DNA from: Giardia intestinalis
Taxonomy: Eukaryota
Strand: one strand, 5' to 3'
DNA length: 64,000 nucleotides
Assembly: GCA_000002435.2 (NCBI GenBank)
Contig: CM018789.1
Within the stretch, counting starts at the first letter, position 1. Every line of letters begins with the position of its first letter. Made by a program: the position numbers and the translations under genes. A model generated the notes under the pieces. It worked only from the letters and a program-made list of their open reading frames with translations. It was not told the DNA's origin and searched no databases. This document shows, in pieces, positions 10,745 to 20,662 of this stretch.

Positions 10745-10783
10745 TGCAACTAGTACAACTAGTGCAACTCTTTTATATGCTGG

Positions 10784-11992
10784 ATGATACCCGGATGGCT
10801 TGTACAATTTAAAAAAATGGCCTCAAGAATAAAGACAGGGGAACAGTGGCTAGAGCTAGTGAACGATGGAAACGTTCCTCTTGTGAAGGCTCTTGCCAAA
10901 AAGTTTAGCGGGATCATGGATGAAAATGGCAACACTGCGTTGATCCTGGCGGTGAAGAAGGATCAGCTGAAGATGATCCCCATCTTGGCCCCCCTTGAGG
11001 CCCGGAAGAAGGATGTTGATGGCTACACGGCACTAATGCATGCAGTAAAGGCTGGCAATGCAAAAGCATGCGAGCTCCTAGCTTCCGCAGAGTACATGGA
11101 CACCCTTGAGGATGGATGCAATGCACTCATGCTCTCCCTAGAACGTGAGATGCTAGACGTGACGCAGATCCTTCTACCCTACTTTGACCTATCTCCGGAT
11201 TCTAACGGATTGACTCCCATTGACTACGCAATATACAACAAGAATTATGAGGGGATCAATCTTCTCCTAAGCAAGTACAATCCTGCCCCTGAAACGCTTC
11301 AGCAAAGCTTGAAAAGTGCACAGGATCAAGGCCACCAGGAGGCGATTACTATTCTCACTACGCACTGCTCTACATACCAGCCAGACCCGGCCTCGGAGGA
11401 GGTCTCTGACTCGAAATCTGATACTAGCAGCCTGAGAGGCTCCAAGAAGCTCAAAGTTAAATCTATAAAACCAGCAAAGCCGTCGAAGAAGGATAAAGCC
11501 AAGGGGTCCAATACCAGCTCTATGAATAACTCCATGATTGATTCTGCTGATAATCAGACTCCTGTGTGTGCCAACCTAGATGCGAATGAGCTAATACTTC
11601 CACTAGACAGCAATCTGGCAGCATCTAGCGAGTCTTTGTACGTAAATCGCATCCCCACTCCCACATATGAAGAGTGCTGTATGGACAGTGCCCCCATAGT
11701 TTTTGCTAGGATGCGCCAAGGCCTGGCTGAGGCTGCTACAACTCCCTCGGCGGCAAATGTCACCCAGCTCTATCAGCAAATTGCAGAGCTAGAGGCAGAG
11801 AATGCCAAACTCAGGGACGAAAATGCTAAGCTCAAAGCTGGGATGAATGCCAGCTTGGCCGGATCTGTCATTTCGTCATCGCGCCTTCAGGACCAAGTCG
11901 TTGAGTTGGTCAATAAACTGAGCCATACCAATGAGCGTTTGATTGAGACTATAGCCATGTCTGAGTCATTGACCAGCGTACCGGGTCTGTGA
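10784..11992 (+). CDS. Ankyrin-repeat protein with C-terminal coiled coil (Giardia 'protein 21.1'-type)
   Basis: ATG at 10784. Tandem ankyrin motifs: 'GNTALILAVKKDQLKMIPILAP', 'DGYTALMHAVKAGNAKACELLAS', 'DGCNALMLSLEREMLDVTQILLP', 'NGLTPIDYAIYNKNYEGINLLLS'. A heptad-like coiled coil lies at the C-terminus ('LYQQIAELEAENAKLRDENAKLKAG'). Confidence 0.7.
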   Translation: MIPGWLVQFKKMASRIKTGEQWLELVNDGNVPLVKALAKKFSGIMDENGNTALILAVKKDQLKMIPILAPLEARKKDVDGYTALMHAVKAGNAKACELLASAEYMDTLEDGCNALMLSLEREMLDVTQILLPYFDLSPDSNGLTPIDYAIYNKNYEGINLLLSKYNPAPETLQQSLKSAQDQGHQEAITILTTHCSTYQPDPASEEVSDSKSDTSSLRGSKKLKVKSIKPAKPSKKDKAKGSNTSSMNNSMIDSADNQTPVCANLDANELILPLDSNLAASSESLYVNRIPTPTYEECCMDSAPIVFARMRQGLAEAATTPSAANVTQLYQQIAELEAENAKLRDENAKLKAGMNASLAGSVISSSRLQDQVVELVNKLSHTNERLIETIAMSESLTSVPGL

Positions 11993-12015
11993 TGACCCTG
12001 CAATCTTCGACGAAT

Positions 12016-14931
12016 TCAATTGATTGTCGAAGGCACCTGCCATAGTAAATACTTCATCCCAGGCTCCACCATCCTTCTGCCGGTATGCTGGACCGGGCCC
12101 TTCCTGGCCTCGTTAGTAGGTAGTGTGTTTGTACGAAGGGCAGATAAGTCGCTATCTGACATGTCCATCAAGTCCTCTAAGGCAGTGCGTGACAGGATAA
12201 GTCGGTTTGGATCGCATCCTACTCCTACCTCATTAACGGTATTGCGCTGCGTGGCTGACGAAAATGCTCCTGGCCCTTCAATAACTGAAAAGCTTGAGGT
12301 CTGTAAGGTTGACGGAGCACGACGACCCCTAAGCTGCATGTATGAGGAACGGCTAACTGCAGTACCACGGCCTTTTGACGTATAGCCGATTAGTTTCAGT
12401 GTCTCAAAAGCAGAAGATATTGCAGCATCGTTTCTGCTCCCTTCTTCAAATCCCGGAAGTCGCGGTGTGAAAGGCTTGGCCTCAAGTGCTTGTGGCAAAG
12501 AGGTATTACTGCTAAGAAGATCCAAACTATTGCATAGACCCTGTGAACCTTTGCTGGAGCCTCGCGTAGACGGAGGACTGATACGTAAATACTCAGGTAC
12601 ATGAGGTGTATTCGGAGGCTGCATACATGACGTTTGGCGCCCACTAGTGATGGTATAACTAGGCGAGGAAGCTCCAGTTGAAGCTGTGAGGCTGGGCAAT
12701 TGTGGCTGGAGTTCTAGAGGAGGTAGGAACGGTTTTTCTCCAGACATTTCCACAAGATTAGTGTGCTCCTCATGTGATAGTGACACTGCTTCTTCTTTGA
12801 TAGCATTGTTAGGAAATGCTACGACTCGAAGTTGAGGAAGATTCAGTACCTGTATCTGCTCAACGCTCACTAAGGGAGCAGTAGAACTAGGCACCTCATC
12901 CTCTTGTGTCATGGTATCCGCAGGGACCGAAGTTCCTGATGCAGGATCTTGCAAGGGTGCTAGTGGCAACGTGTCGAGCTTCTCTATGATATCCTCTTTG
13001 GGGGGTAGAGCACTAGTGGTAGTCGGCTTTTTATTTTTACTTTTACGTAATTGTGCAAAGCGTTCAGTACCTAGACGAGATTGATTCTTTGATAGAGGAT
13101 TGTCGGAGATTTGAAGTGTCGATGGCAACGGATTCCGCCGCATAACATCATTAGAAAGAGAGCTAAGTGGCTCATTAGATAAAGCCACAGAGCAATCTCT
13201 TATAAAGTCTGACACATTCGATAAGAAGGCGCCAAAATTGTTGTACGCATTCTCTATGCCGTAAGTGCGCCGCATGTGATTCAGGCTATCAAGAAAAGCA
13301 TCATCCTTGTCATCATAGGAGGAGCCTTCCTCGCCTATCTTTGATTCTAGCTGTCGATTATCCTCAAGATCCTCTTCGAATACGGTGCCATCCTCTCCTG
13401 TTCTATAAATAGCAATATCATTAGACAAAGGTACTAAGGGCGCTAGTGCAAGAGCGTTGCTGATCACGTTATTAGAAAGCTCGTCAGAAAGACTATCTTT
13501 TGTGGGCTCCGCCTGGCTTTCGACTACTGTCTTACTAGGTCTGCTTTGTGACTCCAAACTGTCTTCTGAAATAACATTGCTAGCCAGTAGCTCATTTTTC
13601 ACTGTGTCTGTTACTAAATTCAAGTGTTGTTTTACACAAGCACTCGATACGTTATGCTGTTCAGTAGCTCGGCTGGTTATATCATCTCCATTAAAGCTAA
13701 GTTGCTTGGAAGGGTTAGGAACACAGCACTCCTCCGCCAAATGCTCCACTTGTTGCTTTCCCACTATTCTAGATGGTTCTTCTTGCTTGCTCAGGCGATT
13801 GAATGGTCTCCTTGCATTAATGTGTGGCACAGTGGGTGCTAATCTCTGCTCTGTCACTCCGATGACTAGCTCACTCCCAACACCAGAAATGAGAAGGCTA
13901 TTCTTGGTAGCGAGAGTGCTATCAGCGTCAGTTGTCATAGTCCAGCAATCCACAAGGTCTACATCTTTCAATACTCGTGCATTCCTCTCTGGCATGATCG
14001 TGGCGCCCTTACTGCTAGAGTGTAACATGTGTCTTTCTGGAAGAAGATATGACTGAACAATCAAGGGAGCAGAACAGGGCGCTGTTGTATCTCGTGACAA
14101 AGGCGTGATTCTACTTAGCGCAATCTTATTCTGAGAGTTGATCGCAAAGTTCTCTTCTATAGATCTATTGCATGATGTCAATAGGTCTCCAATGTGTAAA
14201 TCTGCTTCTGCGGGTCCATCAGTGGATGCTGAGCCAATGAAGGACTGGGTGGATAAGGCTGTTGCAGGTTCATTTGGATCTCCTGTGTTATCTGCTACTT
14301 GGCCAGCAAATGTCCCTAGCTCTACTTCAGGTCTGTCGTTGGGGTCTGGGTCACAGGTATCTACTTGAGAGAGCGGTGTATCTATATTGCCTAGCTCCAA
14401 TCTATCATAACATCTATTAGAGACTTGGAGTGGCGAATTATCGAAGTAATGCCTGCACTCCAGCCTTGACTCAGTGTGACCTTGGCATAATATAGCATTA
14501 GAGGAATAGCTAGTAGATAGTGACATGGCACCACCGAAGGGCTGTGATAAGGCTCTACCAGTTGAAACAAAGGATGGCTTCCCTTCAAATGCCCTTGAGT
14601 CTTGCTTTGTCTCGTGCCGAGTGTTACCGTAAGAAAAGGTCTCCTGATGTGATCCGCACGATGCAGCACGACTGAAAGGCACAACTGACTGAACAGGTGG
14701 TCTAGCATTCGGGGTGACTGGTATCTTCTTTTGAGTATGACGAGAAGCTATTAGAGATTGTAACTCCTGCTTAACCAGCTGTATATCGGAAAGGTATCTC
14801 CGTTTCCCATTGAGCTCAAGAACGGTGGGTAAAGGAGTTGACAATTGAGTTTCTGTAAGAGGGTAGGGAGCTCGCTTTTTAAAGGTCGCTGTTATCCCAT
14901 GTTCTTTAAATTGTGCCTCAGTAGTGTACAT
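12016..14931 (-). CDS. Hypothetical Ser/Thr-rich low-complexity protein (971 aa)
   Basis: Long ORF with a true ATG at 14931. No recognisable catalytic motifs. Only 10 bp separate it from the divergent gene at 14942. Confidence 0.55.
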   Translation of the reverse strand: MYTTEAQFKEHGITATFKKRAPYPLTETQLSTPLPTVLELNGKRRYLSDIQLVKQELQSLIASRHTQKKIPVTPNARPPVQSVVPFSRAASCGSHQETFSYGNTRHETKQDSRAFEGKPSFVSTGRALSQPFGGAMSLSTSYSSNAILCQGHTESRLECRHYFDNSPLQVSNRCYDRLELGNIDTPLSQVDTCDPDPNDRPEVELGTFAGQVADNTGDPNEPATALSTQSFIGSASTDGPAEADLHIGDLLTSCNRSIEENFAINSQNKIALSRITPLSRDTTAPCSAPLIVQSYLLPERHMLHSSSKGATIMPERNARVLKDVDLVDCWTMTTDADSTLATKNSLLISGVGSELVIGVTEQRLAPTVPHINARRPFNRLSKQEEPSRIVGKQQVEHLAEECCVPNPSKQLSFNGDDITSRATEQHNVSSACVKQHLNLVTDTVKNELLASNVISEDSLESQSRPSKTVVESQAEPTKDSLSDELSNNVISNALALAPLVPLSNDIAIYRTGEDGTVFEEDLEDNRQLESKIGEEGSSYDDKDDAFLDSLNHMRRTYGIENAYNNFGAFLSNVSDFIRDCSVALSNEPLSSLSNDVMRRNPLPSTLQISDNPLSKNQSRLGTERFAQLRKSKNKKPTTTSALPPKEDIIEKLDTLPLAPLQDPASGTSVPADTMTQEDEVPSSTAPLVSVEQIQVLNLPQLRVVAFPNNAIKEEAVSLSHEEHTNLVEMSGEKPFLPPLELQPQLPSLTASTGASSPSYTITSGRQTSCMQPPNTPHVPEYLRISPPSTRGSSKGSQGLCNSLDLLSSNTSLPQALEAKPFTPRLPGFEEGSRNDAAISSAFETLKLIGYTSKGRGTAVSRSSYMQLRGRRAPSTLQTSSFSVIEGPGAFSSATQRNTVNEVGVGCDPNRLILSRTALEDLMDMSDSDLSALRTNTLPTNEARKGPVQHTGRRMVEPGMKYLLWQVPSTIN

Positions 14932-14941
14932 AAATTAATTT
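14932..14941. promoter_or_regulatory. 10-bp AT-rich divergent intergenic spacer (putative bidirectional initiator region)
   Basis: 'aattaattta' lies between the ATG at 14931 (minus) and the ATG at 14942 (plus). Comparable short AT-rich stretches precede other starts, for example 'attaaaatgagc' at 31927 and 'taaatgggcctt' at 34769. Confidence 0.35.
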
Positions 14942-15706
14942 ATGCCTCGCCGCATTCCCGACCGCTACAAAACTTATGACGAGCTTATTGCTGCTATCCG
15001 CAAGGCCGGCATCGAATCTATGCAGATGATTGTAGGAATAGACTTTTCGAAGTCCAATGAGTGGACCGGTGAAAAGAGCTATCACTGCTCGCTCCACGAC
15101 GCCAGCCGTGGGGAAACTCCCTATATACGCGCGCTTCGCATCATGTCCCATATTGTGAAGAATTTTGATGATGATGACATCTACCCTGTATACCGCTTCG
15201 GATGCCTCAACACGAAAGATCAATCCGTTCTTCCTCTCTTGTACCCTGAACAGGATGACCCCCACTTCGAAGGTTTTGCTGATGTCTGTCAGGCCTATAA
15301 TAGGATTGCATCGCAGATTGAGATGTCCGGCCCAACAACCTTTGCCCCAATGATCGAACAGGCGATAGAGATTTGCAAGGCAGACCCTAAGCAGTTTTAT
15401 ATCCTCGTCATTTTGACAGATGGAGATGTGTCCGATGTCGAGCTGGACATGAAGGCCCTGATTAAGGCATCAAATTATCCATTGGAGATTATTGCGATTG
15501 GATTTGGCGACGGACCATTTAAAACTATGAAGATTTTTGACGATAAGGCCAGGAATCGCAAGTTCGACAACTTCCAGTTTGTCAATTTCACCGAGATTGA
15601 GAAGAAGTCCGCCAAATGCGAAAACCCGGAATTGATTCTTGCTACAGCCATGATGCAAGAGCTTCCAGATGCATACAAGTGCATTAAGAAGCTCAAGTAC
15701 TTATGA
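14942..15706 (+). CDS. Copine-type vWA domain protein (copine C-terminal domain only; no C2 domains)
   Basis: 'IVGIDFSKSNEWTG...SLH' matches the copine signature 'aIDFTaSNG...SLHy'. 'GPTTFAPMIEQAIE' matches 'GPTNFAPVV'. 'YILVILTDGDVSDVELDMKALIKASNYPLEIIAIGFGDGPFKTMKIFDD' matches 'YsVLLIITDGvISDmaqTkeAIVnASklPmSIIIVGVGqaeFdaMveLDgDD'. 'DNFQFVNF' matches 'DIVQFVPF'. Confidence 0.75.
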   Translation: MPRRIPDRYKTYDELIAAIRKAGIESMQMIVGIDFSKSNEWTGEKSYHCSLHDASRGETPYIRALRIMSHIVKNFDDDDIYPVYRFGCLNTKDQSVLPLLYPEQDDPHFEGFADVCQAYNRIASQIEMSGPTTFAPMIEQAIEICKADPKQFYILVILTDGDVSDVELDMKALIKASNYPLEIIAIGFGDGPFKTMKIFDDKARNRKFDNFQFVNFTEIEKKSAKCENPELILATAMMQELPDAYKCIKKLKYL

Positions 15707-15846
15707 TTTACCTGTGTCCATGCCACTTGCGTTTTACTACGTTTTACTAAATCGTCTTTGATTTAGGGCATCATGTACTATCTCGCATTAGCTACATAGG
15801 CTCTATACTCTGTTACTGTTTAGGCTGTGCGTACGTATGTGCATGG

Positions 15847-18800
15847 CTATTTTCTTGCTGAGCTCGCAGATCTCACAGCAGAACTACTCCGACACCTATT
15901 TGCTTGCCTGGTGGTCGCAGAACCAGATAGACTAGAGCTTGAGGCCGGCCGTACATGGCTTCTACTGTATTGCTTAACGTATGAGCTCCTTCTCCCGTCT
16001 GTTTCACGGCAAGGTTGTTCCATCGTGGAGCTACACTTGGTGCTTGACAAAGCAGACAGCCGCATATCTTTCTCACTTTCCGTTACTCTATTGGACCTTG
16101 CCCTATATGCAGACTCCTTTCGCAGATTGTCCAGAGTAGCGTGGTTTTTGAGAAGAGGTTGCGAGCTCCTAGGTATGCTTTGATTGTTTGGATTTGCAAC
16201 CTCTTTTATTGTGGTGGTTGGGTTAGAAGAAGGAAGAGGCGAGGCATCTGCTAAGCTAGTAAATAGTACAGGGCTCTGATATATTGTATCCTTGTTCTGC
16301 TCCTTTGCTGTAACGGATTCTTTATCCAAAGATTGCCTCTGGCTGATGTGTGAGACATCCCGCGAAAAGGACATCGTGGACGAGCTTTGCAGCCCAGAAG
16401 TATTAGGGGTTGTAGTCTGATGCATGAGCGCGTTGAGTGCTCTATCATTTGCCTGCTTTTCAAAAGCTCGACGAGCCATAGCTGCACTAATGCTGACCGA
16501 AAGAGTTTTGTGATCACTAAGAAGTTGGTTATACCGAATCACTGAATTATCAGTAGTTTTAGGACGGGATGACTGTTTGTTTAGGGGAAGAGATTGCGAA
16601 ACTTGACGGTACCCATGTTGTGGAGATGAGGCTTCGTTGTTAGTATGCGCTGTCGAATGTGTTTCTGTTCTTTGCTCGTCCTCATCTGCATACAAAGGAA
16701 AGGCACCTGTGATGGACGGATAGTTGAACATGGTTGAAGTCTTGTTGACCGGACGAGTTTTGCTATGCCGTCGATGTGGAGCACCGTGGGCAGAAGCAGA
16801 TAGGGAACGCTGTGACTGTTGCGTCGTCACATCCAGAGCAGTCTTTTTGTTGTAGCTACCATAGAGAATGTCTCCCGTGCTTACTAGTGCAAGCTGTGTT
16901 CGTCCATCAGGAGCTCTGCGCTTCAAAAGGACAGTCTCTTTATAGTTAGAGGTACGCACAGCGCTGTTGGATAGATAATCAGGATCGGCTCCATCTATGT
17001 CTAGATCTTCCAATACCATATCTGCATTAACAGATGAGTGAAGCTGGGCGCTTGGATGTAACTCTAAAGATGCTTGAGGCTCCAGGCTATGAGCTATCAT
17101 CTGGGTAGTTGAATTGGACACCGGCGGACCGTACCGTGAGCTTGAACAAGAGGGTGAACCTGACCTGCATCTTTTTGTATTGTAGGTAGCACCAGAAGAC
17201 GCAGATGCCGAATTACTGCGTGTTTTACGTGCAGATCTTTTCTTGGATGCTTCCTGCTTCTTGTTGATGGATTCAGAAACCGTGGTTGTGTTGCGCTTAG
17301 AGAAGATATGATGCTGAAGGTCTATCTCTTGATAGTTTAGCCCGCCGATATACATTTCTAACGTGGCACTAGAACTAGGGAAAGCTGTGTTGCCAAGAAG
17401 CTGGATAAATTCATTTGGTTGAGAGCAGACATGCACATCTTTCCTGTGTAGCTCTATGGATGGAAGCGTGTGCATGCTACTGAATGTCCCGTTGACAGAT
17501 TGATTTCTGCTGATGCTTGGATCGTGAGAAGAAGAATTCACCAACTTATCATCAGACAACGTCCGTAGATCATAATGCGTACTGCTTTCGGCCGAGTTGA
17601 TGGTGGGGATGTCCAGTCCCCTGAGCATTTCTGCAATATTCGGAGATTCTGGCTGGTTTGCTTTTTCTACAGAAGACCGAGCCTCTCTGGAGTACAGCGG
17701 CATTGTGGCAATATCGGTCAGGTGACGTGTTATTGTGTCACGCTTATGATCTATAAAACGTGGGTTTGTGTGGGGCTGAATTAGTCGCCGGGCAGCCAAT
17801 ATGTCAGTTGTGTTTATGTCGTGTGTGGGCGCTAACATAAGGTTATCGTCACGAGAATGAAACGTGGCAGAACGTGATCGCTTTACGGAGGAGCTCTTTG
17901 GGGCGGTAAGTCTATCTAAAATTCTCGCAGAAGAGCTACTCTGTGAACGGCGACTTTGGGCTCTGTCAAGTACTTGCACCCCCGTCTGTGTTCCGAAAGA
18001 CAATGGATGATCAAGTGAGCTTCTTGCATCAGACACCTCAGTGACGCTTCTATAGCTCCCTGTCTCTGTGTAAGCATCCTTCAGCTCCGTAGTGCCAATT
18101 TTAGCATTGCGGGTGCGTCCAAAATAATTTGAACGTTTTATTGCAATAGAACTAGTATCATGGTGAGGCTTTTCGATATTTGCAGTGAGGGGAGTTGTAT
18201 TAATTGACTGCTCTGTTGTTGAGCGCGGTTGTATCCCAACTGTTCTACGGGAGTGCCGGGTTGAGGTTGATGCTGATGTTGCCCTTGCGTTGCCTTGCTG
18301 AGAGGGCACCAATCCTAGTGTAACGCTTGGTGCCTGAAGGCGCATAAGAGCCACATTGTACTTACTACGAGCTTGCGACTGGATGTAGCTACTTGCCATG
18401 CTCAGGGCCAGAGACGACGTAGGAAGGACCGCACTGACTGCCAGCGCCTTAGATGCATATGTTGACTGATAGGGCGTGAGGCTTACATCAGGCCGCAAAC
18501 TTGAACTTGTACTATTTGCTGCTGACCGTATACTATTATGCGTTAATCTGTTGGATTGTGTGCTAAATCCTCTTGCAATAGGCTTTTCACCGTGGATTGT
18601 CCTAAATACATGTTTAGAATGTGAAATATCTCCCGAACTCAAAGGACGCCTTCTTGCTGCGTTGAACCTAGTCCTGTCAGCTAAGCCATTGCTAGTAGCT
18701 ACTGTGTCTTGGTCTGTAAGTAGAGATGTGGGGTTCCTAAGCTGCTTACTAAAGGCTGGACCTTGATGGATTGCAGAGTATTTTTGTGTTACTATGGTAT

Positions 18801-20649
18801 GGGCTGCAGCTTTTGACTGAGATGCTGATAACACGTCACTAGATCTTGATGGACGTGCACTGTATGCACGTCTAGAGGATGAGCTGCGCGAAGACAAGGA
18901 TAGCGGCGGCCGTAAACCAGGTTTGTTGTCAACCAGAGACTGAACATTTAAAAGAGGCTTACTAGCAGACATACGGCGAGTCTTCTGGCTTGCCAGACTT
19001 TCTTCTGCACTTCGTGATCTAGAGGGAATCTGGTCAGGTTTAGTACCTGCATTTTGACTACGCATAGTTTCTGATTCATGGATTCTTTTCTGGACTAATG
19101 GTGGCTGTCGTAGTTCGTCTATAGTAAGCCTATTATCTCTTAGGTCCTTGACAGGGGTGGTGATGGTATCTGTTACGGTGTCCGTCTGTGTGCTAAGATC
19201 TGGTGTTAATAAGATATTGTGCTGAAATATGTGAGGGTCATCTGGATTTTGTGTTTTGTCAGCCGTTAAAAGGGCCTCAGCACCACTGCTTCCAGCTAAT
19301 CTTAGACTGCGCTGCCGAAGCTCTCGATCAGTAGCCTGGCTGCCATCGCGCTGTTGTGTGGCTACAGACGAAGCATTGGCTGAGCTAACCCGTCGCAAGG
19401 TATACTTCTTCTTGGACGCATGCGGATCAGAGTCTATAAAGAAGCCTATGGAGGACGAGGGAACTGGCTGCACAGGCCTCAAAGTTGATATGTATTGATC
19501 TTTTAATTCATGTGGGTTTGCAGTAAGCACCGGGATTCCATCTGGAAGTGTATCATCAGAGGAGGGAGGCGGTGGTAAGGATGGCGGCTCCGAAGCCTTC
19601 CACTTCTTTCGCATCGGCTTGAAGTGGGTAGGGTGCACAGCATAGATATGATTCAGATCATTATTAGACAACATATCTATGGTAGAGCTATAGATTGCGT
19701 TTGATTGCAGCTTGTGCAAAACTACATCCACCTCCTTCATAAATGCCGGATGGCTAGGCTTGGAATATTGTGGCTGTGAGGCACTCGTGCTGCGCTTGAT
19801 CTTCTGAGGATTGCGTCCTACAGCGGGGGCGTGCAGAGCTCGCTGTTGAGCTGCTACAAATGCCATGGCTTTACCGCTCGCTTGAACCTGAAAAGACCGA
19901 GATGATTGATGCTTTTCATCGCTGAGAATCTCGTTATCAAGAATTGCTGTGCCTTTGGCTTCGTTTGCTGGCTGCGTCGATTCACCTACACGATAACAAA
20001 TAGGAGATATCATGGCAGAAATAACTTGTTGATGATCAGTGTTGAGGCTTCCTTTTTCACTGTTAAGTGCGTGAGGAGTAGAAGTAAAATTTGGCGTGTG
20101 GTAGTCCCCAGCACTACTTACGCTACCTAAATTCTGATGAAGAGGATAAGTATTTAAACTAGACGAGGATGGACGAGAGCGATGAGCTGATGAAACTGTT
20201 GGTTTTACTAAGTCATCACTCGGTCCATTTATGTTCCTAGTGCCGTGCAAGACACTGTTTTCGTGTTGTGGAGCTAAAATTCCCTGGGGCTTAGAATGGT
20301 GTATAGTAGAGGATAGTCGCGACTTAGTACCGTTCAGAGTAAAGAGCATAGGTGTTTTTGGAGTCGTGTCTCCTCCCAGAGTTTCAGAGATCGGAGAGAA
20401 TTCTATCTGAAAACTCCGTGGCCTGACAGGGTTGAGGAGGAGTGTCTGCTGCATAGATCCACTGAACCGCTGATGACTTTGACCTTGTCCTTGCATAGCA
20501 GATGGGCTCACCCAGCCAGCTGATTGCTCTAACCGACTGATCCGTGCACTCTGGGGACCGCTCTGTTGCAGCGCAGATGAGCTCTGATCAACAACACTTG
20601 TCGCTGGAGCCTTTGTCGAGAGCACCCACTTGCAGGAACTACCTCGCAT
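15847..20649 (-). CDS. Hypothetical Ser/Thr-rich low-complexity protein (~1600 aa)
   Basis: 4.8-kb uninterrupted ORF. The track start at 20670 is a GTG codon; the first in-frame ATG gives about 20649. No recognisable domain. Confidence 0.55.
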   Translation of the reverse strand: MRGSSCKWVLSTKAPATSVVDQSSSALQQSGPQSARISRLEQSAGWVSPSAMQGQGQSHQRFSGSMQQTLLLNPVRPRSFQIEFSPISETLGGDTTPKTPMLFTLNGTKSRLSSTIHHSKPQGILAPQHENSVLHGTRNINGPSDDLVKPTVSSAHRSRPSSSSLNTYPLHQNLGSVSSAGDYHTPNFTSTPHALNSEKGSLNTDHQQVISAMISPICYRVGESTQPANEAKGTAILDNEILSDEKHQSSRSFQVQASGKAMAFVAAQQRALHAPAVGRNPQKIKRSTSASQPQYSKPSHPAFMKEVDVVLHKLQSNAIYSSTIDMLSNNDLNHIYAVHPTHFKPMRKKWKASEPPSLPPPPSSDDTLPDGIPVLTANPHELKDQYISTLRPVQPVPSSSIGFFIDSDPHASKKKYTLRRVSSANASSVATQQRDGSQATDRELRQRSLRLAGSSGAEALLTADKTQNPDDPHIFQHNILLTPDLSTQTDTVTDTITTPVKDLRDNRLTIDELRQPPLVQKRIHESETMRSQNAGTKPDQIPSRSRSAEESLASQKTRRMSASKPLLNVQSLVDNKPGLRPPLSLSSRSSSSRRAYSARPSRSSDVLSASQSKAAAHTIVTQKYSAIHQGPAFSKQLRNPTSLLTDQDTVATSNGLADRTRFNAARRRPLSSGDISHSKHVFRTIHGEKPIARGFSTQSNRLTHNSIRSAANSTSSSLRPDVSLTPYQSTYASKALAVSAVLPTSSLALSMASSYIQSQARSKYNVALMRLQAPSVTLGLVPSQQGNARATSASTSTRHSRRTVGIQPRSTTEQSINTTPLTANIEKPHHDTSSIAIKRSNYFGRTRNAKIGTTELKDAYTETGSYRSVTEVSDARSSLDHPLSFGTQTGVQVLDRAQSRRSQSSSSARILDRLTAPKSSSVKRSRSATFHSRDDNLMLAPTHDINTTDILAARRLIQPHTNPRFIDHKRDTITRHLTDIATMPLYSREARSSVEKANQPESPNIAEMLRGLDIPTINSAESSTHYDLRTLSDDKLVNSSSHDPSISRNQSVNGTFSSMHTLPSIELHRKDVHVCSQPNEFIQLLGNTAFPSSSATLEMYIGGLNYQEIDLQHHIFSKRNTTTVSESINKKQEASKKRSARKTRSNSASASSGATYNTKRCRSGSPSCSSSRYGPPVSNSTTQMIAHSLEPQASLELHPSAQLHSSVNADMVLEDLDIDGADPDYLSNSAVRTSNYKETVLLKRRAPDGRTQLALVSTGDILYGSYNKKTALDVTTQQSQRSLSASAHGAPHRRHSKTRPVNKTSTMFNYPSITGAFPLYADEDEQRTETHSTAHTNNEASSPQHGYRQVSQSLPLNKQSSRPKTTDNSVIRYNQLLSDHKTLSVSISAAMARRAFEKQANDRALNALMHQTTTPNTSGLQSSSTMSFSRDVSHISQRQSLDKESVTAKEQNKDTIYQSPVLFTSLADASPLPSSNPTTTIKEVANPNNQSIPRSSQPLLKNHATLDNLRKESAYRARSNRVTESEKDMRLSALSSTKCSSTMEQPCRETDGRRSSYVKQYSRSHVRPASSSSLSGSATTRQANRCRSSSAVRSASSARK

Positions 20650-20662
20650 ATGCAGCCAGGCA

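Noticed and set aside
13457-14056. 199-aa plus-strand ORF (and 13624..13842, 14138..14368) inside the minus-strand 971-aa gene
   Set aside because: It is entirely antisense to a much longer ORF and has no motifs. Long antisense ORFs are expected in Ser-codon-rich (AGC/TCN) sequence.
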